Shown here in pieces: positions 28,002 through 38,089 of a DNA stretch of 64,000 bases. The position numbers and the translations under genes are program-made. How positions within the stretch are numbered: position 1 is the first letter of the stretch; every line of letters begins with the position of its first letter. A model generated the notes under the pieces. It did no database searches and was not told the origin of the DNA. It was given only the letters and a program-made list of their open reading frames with translations. Source of the stretch: Eledone cirrhosa (lineage: Eukaryota); assembly GCA_964016885.1 (NCBI GenBank), contig OZ024740.1, forward strand, positions 436,418,001 to 436,482,000, written 5' to 3'.

Positions 28002-28064
28002 CCAGTTACTACATACCAGGTAAGTATGTTTCGTTGGTCACTGGAGACCAACTTGTTCAACCGG
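28002..28064 (-). ncRNA. Hammerhead-like motif with degenerate core and an extended stem III
   Basis: Minus strand reads CCGGTT-GAACAA-GTTGGTC(tccagt)GACCAAC-GAA-ACATAC(ttacctg)GTATGT-A-gt-AACTGG. Stems II and III are perfect, but the CUGANGA core is not intact. Confidence 0.45.
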
Positions 28065-28178
28065 TGCCGAGGAAAATGAACCGTAAAGTGTTACTAACCT
28101 TAATAATTATATTGAAACTCGCCCTACGGACTTGAGTTGCTCTATACCTTAGATGTTTTACTTACCCGTTACTAGTAC

Positions 28179-28229
<51 letters not shown>

Positions 28230-28343
28230 AAACATACATACATTTTAATTTTTTTTTACTGAGATTGCGCTAGTAGTGAGTCAAGATGCTACAGTTTCGT
28301 TTCCAAAGATTCTTAACTAATAAAATGTATAAATATATAACAG

Positions 28344-28390
<47 letters not shown>

Positions 28391-28648
28391 GAGGAGGAGG
28401 GGGGGGGGGCAAGGAAAAGAGGGAGAAAGTGCAGAGGGTGAATCAACAAATATTGCTAGGCGAAGCATTACGCTGGAACGTGCTGGCATTATCATAGTAA
28501 AACTATAAAGCAGATGTTTGTTTTAATAGTCAACGAGTTCTCCGTCTTGGGAAATCTCTTTATTCATATATTCATAGTTCTCCTTCTGACATTCATAACC
28601 AACATCTGGTTCGATTTGAAGCTATGACGGCACTTCACACCACGATCA

Positions 28649-29375
28649 GTGTGTGTGTGCGTGTGGGTGTGGGTGTATGTGTATGCGTGTGTGTATGTGT
28701 GTGTGTGTATGTGTGCGTGTATGTGTGTCTGTGTGTGTCTGTGTGGGTTTGTGTGTGTGTGTGTGTCTGTGTGTCTGTGTGTCTGTGTGTCTGTGTGTGT
28801 GTCTGTGTGTGTGTGTTTGTGTGTTTGTGTGTGAATGTGTAATAGGTAGTGTGTGGCTCTGTGTGTGTATATGTGTCTATGTGTGAATGTGTGAACGTGT
28901 CTATGTGTGTATGTGTTAGTGTGTGTGTATGTGTGTATGTGTATGTTAGTGTGTGTTAATGTGTATGTGTGTATGTGTTAGTGTGTGTGTTAATGTGTAT
29001 GTGGGTATGTGTTAGTGTGTGTGTTAATGTGCATGTGTGTATGTGTATGTGTTAGTGTGTGTGTTAATGTGTATGTGTGTATGTGTATGTGTTAGTGTGT
29101 GTGTTAATGTGTATGTGTGTATGTGTATGTGTTAGTGTGTGTGTTAATGTGCATGTGTGTATGTGTATGTGTTAGTGTGTGTGTTAATGTGTATGTGTGT
29201 ATGTGTATGTGTTAGTGTGTGTGTTAATGTGCATGTGTGTATGTGTATGTGTTAGTGTGTGTGTTAATGTGCATGTGTGTATGTGTATGTGTTAGTGTGT
29301 GTGTTAATGTGTATGTGTGTATGTGTATGTGTTAGTGTGTGTGTTAATGTGTATGTGTGTATGTGTATGTGTTAG
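28649..29375 (+). repeat. (TG)n-derived repeat grading into a 40-bp minisatellite
   Basis: Unit GTTAGTGTGTGTGTTAATGTG(T/C)ATGTGTGTATGTGTATGT repeated about 9 times at 29011-29375. Confidence 0.92.
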
Positions 29376-29439
29376 GCCACTAAAAGTGTTGATAACTAAA
29401 CTATTGGTGTTGCTGATGGAAGTTGACGTTACAAACTAC

Positions 29440-29705
29440 TGTGGTGATTTAATGTTGCTGTTACTGTTGTTGTTGGTGGTGGTGGTAATTTAATGTTGCT
29501 GTTACTGTTGTTGTTGGTGGTGGTGGTGGTGATTTAATGTTGCTGTTACTGTTGTTGTTGGTGGTGGTGGTAATTTAATGTTGCTGTTACTGTTGTTGTT
29601 GTTGGTGGTGGTGGTGGTGATTTAATGTTGTTGTGGCTGTTGTTGTTGTTGTTGGTGGTGGTGGAATTTAATGTTGTTGCGGCACTTGGTGTTGGTGGTG
29701 GTGGT

Positions 29706-29742
<37 letters not shown>

Positions 29743-29793
29743 TCTGCCGCCGCCGCCGCCGCAGCAGCAGCAGTAGTAGTAGTAGTAGTAGTA
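29440..29793 (+). repeat. (GTT/GGT)n-based ~40-bp repeats followed by (GTC/GCC/GCA/GTA)n
   Basis: Recurrent TTTAATGTTGCTGTTACTGTTGTTGTTGGTGGTGG. Confidence 0.9.
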
Positions 29794-30234
29794 TCCTCAA
29801 CTTAGTGCCGTTATATTTGCTGTAGTGGGTAGTAAAACATATTAACAAGAAATAATTATGCGGTGGGGGAAAAATACGGCCAGACAATCACTAATTCCAT
29901 TTTAATCCTTTCCGTAAATATGGGAGATAACTCCGGGTATGATTTAGCATTATTACGTCTCATCAATGAAGCATATACTTTACTATAACTGCCGTAGTAA
30001 GAATGAAAGATTCACTAAGTAAATATAAAATAGAGATTTTTAGAGAATGAATTATTTAGAGGCACCATCTGCCTGAAAAAGAACAGTTAAGCTACTGTTA
30101 ACAAACTTAAGGCAGGCGTGTGACGTTAAAGTGTGTGACAGCTCACCTCTATGCAGGTTTAGCTGGCCTCCTCCAAGGTATATCTCGTTGGAGGTGTCTT
30201 GGTTGATTTAATGATAGGGACCCCAGTCCTATCA

Positions 30235-30380
30235 TCTCATTTCTACAGCTGAGTAAACTGGAGCAATGTGAAATAAAGTGTCTTGCTCATCGAAACAACA
30301 CATCACCCGGTCCGAGAATTGAACTCACAACCTTTCGATTGCAAGCCCAATGCTCTAACCACTAAGCCATGTGCCTTCAC
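30235..30380 (-). mobile_element. tRNA-derived CORE-type SINE
   Basis: Minus strand has A-box TGGCTTAGTGG and B-box GAGTTCAATTC, then GTGTTGTTTCGATGAGCAAGACACTTTATTTCACATTGCTCCAG (CORE-like). Confidence 0.7.
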
Positions 30381-30829
30381 AGGCATTAAAGGGCTAACGA
30401 TAAATAGTCGTACAGCGAGAAAACAAAATTAACATTTGTCCAAATATAATATTATTTTAGGAATTTCGACAAGTCGGGGAGACAACAGGAAGCAAGTTTT
30501 GGTGGGCTGGTTATTGGTATTGTTTCCTCAAAGCTCTTGTGACGGTTTCGAGAATTGCCATCCCTTGATCTATTTCAGAGGTGGTTCGAACATGACTTTT
30601 TAGTTCTTCCACTCCAAGGACTTAGATTCTTGTAATCACCATGCTCAGGCAATACATATGAAGGAATTTTAGGTCAAGTGATGCTTGAAGGGTTTTTTAA
30701 GTAAAGAAAGGCCTTGCACTGGAGCAATCCCACTTTCTGAACAACGTTGACTTCTAGAATGATGTCCTAACAAGAACTAGGGTTCTCTCACTCCTGGTGG
30801 GCACCAAACTGAGTATTTCCATGTACACG

Positions 30830-31522
<693 letters not shown>

Positions 31523-32109
31523 AATGTTGTGACATGTATGATTATGTAATTGCTTTAAGCTACATTACCTTCAAAATTAACAATTTAATTGGAACAACTT
31601 TTACATAAAAGAACAAAAACACTTTAACCTCTTGTTAAACATTTAGCATTGGTGCATATATAGTATATGTTGTGTGGGTTGTGGGTATATCCTGTGGGTT
31701 GTGTGTATATCCTGTGGGTTGTGCGTGTGTTGTATTGTGGGCGAGAGTGAAAAGGAGACGGACAGAAACTGTTTTACTTCGTTAACCAAAAATATATGAG
31801 GAAACAAATTTCTTGCATACAATTAACTTTTAATCGGGTTTTAAATATTCAATATTTGACCCGAAATTTTCTTTATTAAACATAATTCAATAAATATTCT
31901 ACCGTTTTGTTCTTGTTTTTCAAATGCTATTTAAAATCTTTAATTAATCGAATTTTGCAAACTAAAATAGTTGGAATGGAGGTAGGAACTTTACAGTTAT
32001 AGCTGGTGTGTTGTTGGTGTTTTAATGGAGAGCAAGAGAGTTGAACAGGGAGAGAAATTGCTTATTCAAACGTTTATGAAAGGAAATAATTTAGCTCACT
32101 AAACCGAAC

Positions 32110-32121
32110 GGTAGTAGCAGT

Positions 32122-32159
<38 letters not shown>

Positions 32160-32187
32160 TAGTAGTAGTAGCAGCAGCAGCAACAGT

Positions 32188-32265
<78 letters not shown>
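32110..32265 (+). repeat. (GTA/GCA)n trinucleotide repeat
   Basis: Direct inspection. Confidence 0.95.
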
Positions 32266-32353
32266 TAGTCAGCCCTGACCAAACAGACCTATGATCAAAG
32301 GTAAATAATCTGTTGATCAACAAAACCTTCTTTATATATCAAATATTCCGATT

Positions 32354-32515
32354 AGGTGGTGAAGTGGCAGATACGTTATGGTCGCCGGATTAAAGATACT
32401 TCAGTATTTCTTCCGGATCACTGAGTTCTGAGTTCTGAGTTCAAATCCCACTATCATCAACTTTCATCCCCTCGAGGTCGATAAATAAAGTATCAGTTCT
32501 GTGCTGGGGTCGATT
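32354..32515 (+). mobile_element. tRNA-derived SINE (Meta-domain-like)
   Basis: GGTGGTGAAGTGGCAGA head, B-box GAGTTCAAATCCC, and CTTTCATCCCCTCGAGGTCGATAAATAAAGTATCAG. Confidence 0.75.
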
Positions 32516-32971
32516 GCTTCTCTGGAAGAATTAGGCTATGCTCTATCTACGAGAAATATAAACCGGGATTTGTTTTATAAGAGATACCCACTCCTTTAGA
32601 CTATAGCCTAACCCAAGTAGAACTCCATATCTACTTCATGCACTCAAACATTGTGTAACTGGGAGTACAGCACCGGCCATATGATACTATAATTTATTGA
32701 TAGATTAACTTTGTTAGCTTCCATCCTACAAGCTGATTCAATTTGAATGTTTTAATATTTTAAGTAATTTTAGAAATGTTATTTATTATATAATTTCAAG
32801 CAATGTTTTCACGCGTATCTGGCTCTCCGGGGGAGATTTATCTATCAACGTATTAATGTTTCGGAAGTCGGAGATAAGTGAGGTAATATATAGCTACTGT
32901 TATATCTTATAGTATAAACTGTAATAAATGCTGGAATTTGTTCTCAGTTTAAATGCTGCTTATATTGGTTA

Positions 32972-33558
32972 CTAGCAGTGGTACCCGGCGTTGCACGGGA
33001 TAAGGTATTGTGAAATATATAACCGCCTTAGTTAAGCTCAGTATTGCCACAACCACGGCTGGCAAAGAAGTAAGGGTCTGGTGGTATGTAAGTAAGCAAC
33101 ACCTTGGCTTAAAGCGTGAGGGAGAAGTTGTGTGCACTTACCAACTGTTTGGGGAATGAGTGTGAGATTTGTCTTGAGCACGGGAGGCAGAATAACTGGA
33201 GGAAGTAGACAGCCAGACATACAGACAGATATTATAAGGGCGCGTTCTGGACGCAGAGCGAATTGTAGGAAGTGACGTAATGCAAGACAGCCAGACATAC
33301 AGACAGATATTATAAGGGCGCGACGTTATATGTATCTATCTAAAAAGAGAAAGACTAAGAATTATAGAGAGAGATCGCTAAATCGCCTAATCCTGTCTCT
33401 AGGGCATTGAAAATTTGAAATTCTTTTTGCTCAGAACACTCCCTGAAACATAAGTATTACATGTGTAAAGTTTGAAAACAGTCGGTTTGGTGTTTCTCGA
33501 GTTTTAGGGATTCAAACTCACACACACACACAGACATCCTCAGTTTTATATATATAGA
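32972..33558 (-). mobile_element. Non-autonomous Helitron-like element (family H1)
   Basis: Minus strand begins TCTATATATATAAAACTGAGGATGTCTG and ends with the hairpin CCCG-TGCAACGC-CGGG, then TACCACTG-CTAG|T. A second copy with the same termini is at 53628-54576 (+). Confidence 0.8.
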
Positions 33559-34063
33559 CTAGCAGAAAACCACCCGGTGGGCGGTTTTCTGCTAGCAAAT
33601 CTAGTGTATATACTGATATTGTTGAGATTTGGATGAGAAATGTTTTCGGCACCACATGTTCACCGTCTCTCGGTGTGTCTTTTATGCATGTATAAATATA
33701 TATGTTATCTATACGGTGAAATCTTTGAAATAAATATATGTTAAAACGAAAAAGGAGAAGAAGAGATTAGTGACGGAAATATAAACGTTATGATACATAA
33801 ACGTTATGATATAACGATGGAAATATATCTTCAAATGGTCCTTGGCATGGTGTCAAGTCAGAACCGCCTCGAACTGGTTACTTCTGGCTTGTGCAAGGTG
33901 TCTCTATAGCAACCAGCGATTCCCTCGGCCTCAGTGACCAAAGTCAGTGGAGAGGGGAAGGTAATGTTTCTATAGCGACAGTATTTCTCTTGGTAGTACC
34001 AAAGTGGAGAAAGGAAGGGGAAGGTAATATTTCTGTAGCACCTACATTTTAGTTTTAGGGAAG

Positions 34064-34097
<34 letters not shown>

Positions 34098-34115
34098 GAA
34101 ATGCCCATATATTTC

Positions 34116-34156
<41 letters not shown>

Positions 34157-34429
34157 CACACACAGAAATGTATATATATTTCTGTGTGTATATATATATA
34201 TATATTACACACACAGAAATGTATATATATTTCTGTGTGTATATATATATATTTCTGTGTGTGTATATATATATATATATATTACACACACAGAAATGTA
34301 TATATATTTCTTAGAACAAAATTTTTATTAATGTTTTGCTGTTCATAACAATTGGAATTGAAAAATTACTTTTGAAATTATTAGTTATTTTACTAATGCT
34401 TAGATATGTAAAAATGAAGCAATGTTTCT

Positions 34430-34620
34430 AATAATTGTTTCTACTTTTGGCACAAGGCCAGCAATTACGCAGTACATTACTGGTACTTTATTTTATCGAC
34501 CCCGTGAGGATGAAAGGCAAAGTTAACCTCGGCGTTAAATTAACTCAGACCGTAAAGGGACGTAACTCCATGCTATTAAGCATGGTGTCCGACTCTACAG
34601 ATTCTGCCAATCCACCGCCC
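34430..34620 (-). mobile_element. tRNA-derived SINE (Meta-domain-like)
   Basis: Minus strand: GGGCGGTGGATTGGCAGAATC...CCGAGGTTAACTTTGCCTTTCATCCTCACGGGGTCGATAAAATAAAGTACCAG...AGTAGAAACAATTATT. Confidence 0.8.
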
Positions 34621-34869
34621 TAATGTCTGTACGTAATGAGGGAGTGAGAAGGGAGAGAAAGAAAGGCAGAGGTGAAGTGACGAAGTGACTCTCTCCTCCT
34701 CCTCCTCCTCCTCCTCCTCCATCTGCCCATTCGTCACAGCGATAGAGGGGAGGAATGTTAGTGTGTTACAAAGAGAAAGAGTGAGAGTGAGAGAAACAGA
34801 CAGACTAAAAGAGAGGGATAGCTGGAGAGAGAAAGAGATAGCAACAGATACAGTACAGTAGCTAAGAGA

Positions 34870-34966
34870 TGTATATATATTTCTGTGTGTATATATATAT
34901 ACATTTCTGTGTGTGTAATATATATATATATACACACAGAAATATATATACATTTCTGTGTGTGTA

Positions 34967-35000
<34 letters not shown>

Positions 35001-35019
35001 GGAAATATATATATATTTC

Positions 35020-35060
<41 letters not shown>

Positions 35061-35086
35061 CACACACAGAAATGTATATATATTTC

Positions 35087-35119
<33 letters not shown>

Positions 35120-35147
35120 TACACACACAGAAATGTATATATATTTC

Positions 35148-35178
<31 letters not shown>

Positions 35179-35290
35179 TACACACACAGAAATGTATATA
35201 TATTTCTGTGTGTATATATATATATTTCTGTGCGTGTATATATATATATATATATATTACACACACACAGAAATGTATATATGTTTCTGT
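34870..35290. repeat. Self-complementary minisatellite ATTTCTGTGTG(TA)nTTACACACACAGAAATG (also at 34110-34310)
   Basis: Each unit is an imperfect palindrome: ATTTCTGTGTG / CACACAGAAAT around (TA)n. Confidence 0.9.
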
Positions 35291-35469
35291 AGCACTCCTC
35301 AATTCCCCCTCTCTCCCTCCCGCTATCCCCCTCTTGTAGTCTGTCTCTTTCTTTCACTCTCACTCTCTCTCTACGCGTCGCGTGCGCAAAAAACATTCGC
35401 ACTCGCGCACGTGTTTCCACTGTCGGACAGACAGACAGAGAAATTGCTGGTTATATATTATAAGGAGAT

Positions 35470-36212
35470 AAATGGTAATAGTGTTGACGTTCTTGTGAAA
35501 ATGTGTCTGTTTCAATAGCTACAATAGTTTTAGATAAAGTAGAAAATCAAACTTTCCAGTTGTTGTCTTCCTGTATCTTCTACAACAACTACAACGGTAA
35601 GCGATGGGGCCCACCCACAGCCCCGGCGGACAGAATGGAGAAGGCGTTTCCCCGGAGGACAGCAAGGGAGACGCGCTGGAAAAGCCACTCCAACTCGCGG
35701 GGCTCACACCTGCGGCTGGCCAGCTCAGCACCTATGGTGGTGAATAAGGAGGTAGTCCTGAGGCCGAGGACACCAGAAGTCTCCACTTCCAGGGGTTCGA
35801 CCGCAAACCTGTCGGAGAGCGACCGGTACTTGAGGAGTTTGGCCTCCTCAGCCCGACGTGCAGCAGAAACTGGGTCAGTCGCAGAGTGCACCAGGTTGCG
35901 GCTGCAGAAAGTGTCGGTGCAAGTGGCATCCCAGATGAGGGTTTTGCCACCGCGGAACGAGAAGATGGTCATGCCATCTGGCCTTTTGCCGTCGTCTCGA
36001 TCCAGCCCCACCGGCTCGAGCTGGGAAGGGAAGCCTGCAGCTTCCAAGCCATGCTTAATGACCTCGTTGAGGGCAGAATGGCGTGGAATGCGGCCGGTGC
36101 TGTGGCGACAGGAAAGCGGGTGGAGGCCGAAAGAGTCCATGGTGGTACCGCAGCGACATTGGTGTGGCTGGCAGATCCGGAAGCCGAGCCTCAGGGAAAC
36201 GCCGATGCGCAT
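35470..36212 (-). mobile_element. 5'-truncated CRE-clade-like non-LTR retrotransposon: zinc knuckle, restriction-like endonuclease and short 3' UTR
   Basis: The 207-aa open ORF (35589-36212) has LRLG...CxCG...GLHPLSC, RH..N, EP.GL...KRPDG, WD.T, AE..K..KY, VETSG..G and QRVSLAVLRGNA, typical of CRE-like RLE C-termini. It is a GC-rich island. Confidence 0.85.
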
Positions 36213-37143
36213 GCTGGTTATAAATTATATATAAGATTATTTTGTTGAAAGAAGTGTATCGGAAACCTCAATTTGTAACTGTTCACACGATACCTATATT
36301 ATTTGGTATGGTACTTATATATGACTAGTTTATAATACTATACTAGTGTGGTTATATATTATTCTGTAATACTCTACATTTCGTAATTACATTACACAGC
36401 TCAGTATTTTACTCAAGACGTTAATCAGGACATTACTCAGTATACTAAGACATAAGTTTCTTCCTCAGTAACTATTACCATGTGTCTGCCAAAAATATTA
36501 ATTTAAAATACTTTTGCTGCTGCGCTGTCTAACATCACAATAAACACCGGTCCTTATGGTCCTTCAGGTCATCGTCGTTAGATCTTGTAAACTCTCATTT
36601 TGTTTCATCAGAAACTCTACTTTGAGAAACTAATTGTTTTTTCTTTGTCTTTTGTTTAGAGATTATATTTCATTCTCATGATATATCAATCATTAGAATA
36701 CACCATTATTTCTCAATAGCCTATCTTTGAATGGTTTTATTTGAGAAACATAAATCTCTGAACACAAACATGAAATTACATTATTTCAAACAAAAACTAC
36801 TTTGTTTAGAATTTATAAAGCACAATTAAAATTAAGATAAATTTAAGTGTTGGAGAAAACTCTATACTCCCGGCTGTACAGTATATTTCAGCTGCACCCC
36901 TCGAAAGACGTTGCCACGATAATAGCCAGTGATTTCTGCTGAATCAGACATTCCACTTCAAGTGGCTTTTTCCTCAAGTGTAATAACTTTGTCCCGATTT
37001 GGCGGAGGAGAACAACAGTCCTAGGACTGGTGACACACAAAAAAAACAATATTTCCTTAAATACCTAGTATTTGGTCATATCGTGCATATCGCCCAGGTT
37101 TATGGTCCCAGCAATAAAGTTGGCACTGGAGAAAGTGTCACAA

Positions 37144-37196
37144 CACGTGACGTCACAAATAAATGACCAATCCTCCAATTCCTTAAAGTATAAAAG
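37144..37196 (+). promoter_or_regulatory. Candidate Pol II promoter: E-box/CRE, two CCAAT boxes and TATA box
   Basis: CACGTG (37144) overlaps TGACGTCA (37148). CCAAT occurs at 37167 and 37175, and TATAAAAG at 37189. Confidence 0.4.
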
Positions 37197-38089
37197 AGGT
37201 ATCCCGTCGGGGTATTTAATTTGGCCATGTTCGAAGCCGACAGGTTAAGGTTGTGATGGGAAACAGGCCACGTTGAGTCAAAAGCTTACCTCGGGTGACG
37301 TCCCACATTGTAGTTACAAGGGAGCGAATGTAGTAAAAACTGGTCAACAGTAGGTAGAAGGGTTCCGGTTGTTGAAGATACTGATTGACCCACGTTGTTA
37401 TTTGATTGAGAAGCAGATATAAAACGGGTGCAATGATGTTGGGCGAAGGCTGACTGCACACTTGTACATGTTGAACTGCATTGGCTATCGTTTCTATTGC
37501 GATGATAGGTTGCAGTAGGACAATGAGGACATCGTAAACAGACAGCGACCACTCGAGTTTGCCGTCCACGTTAGTCTGTGTTACGGGAAATATTAAGTTA
37601 AAATTAAAAGCTACAACTGTGTAAAATCGAGAATTTTATACAAGAATAGATAACATGTTGCGTTTGTTTAACTCCTCTGTAATGGTTAAACAGAAAATAT
37701 CTAAAAATGGGTTTGTTAATTCAAATATTTACAGTATCTTTACAACTGGTCATATTATCAAGAAAATTTGCAATATTAAAGACTTTAATTGTAAAAATTT
37801 GTGGTATTAAAGAATTTGATTTTAAATGTGATGCAGTCATTGTGTTGTTTCGTAGATTTCAGGAATGTCTTGCGGTAGAGGACGTTAAGTCTTAAGAATA
37901 ATAAGAATCTCTATTTTTCTTATATCTGGTAGGTTATTGCAATGCAATGCTGCTTTAATCTGAGATAAATATGGTATTGTTAGAGCCCAGTGAGCGGTAG
38001 TATCTAGAGTAATTTTACTGACACCAATATGACACGAGGGACTTGTATCATTTAATTATATCAGTTAACGTTAATCGTGCTAGTTTCAG

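Larger units (their letters stand above)
33559..35468 (-). mobile_element. Second Helitron-like element (family H2) with internal minisatellites and a SINE
   Basis: 3' CTAG at 33559-33562 lies within a 13-bp inverted repeat. The putative 5' end is A|TCTCCTTATAATATATAACCAGCAATTTCTCTGTCTGTC at 35468. Pairing these two ends into one element is inferred. Confidence 0.5.

Noticed and set aside
30300-30380. tRNA gene
   Set aside because: A and B boxes are present, but there is no complete cloverleaf and the sequence continues into a SINE body.
35503-36248. 243-aa and 120-aa plus-strand ORFs
   Set aside because: They are antisense shadows of the GC-rich CRE-like ORF and have no recognisable motifs.
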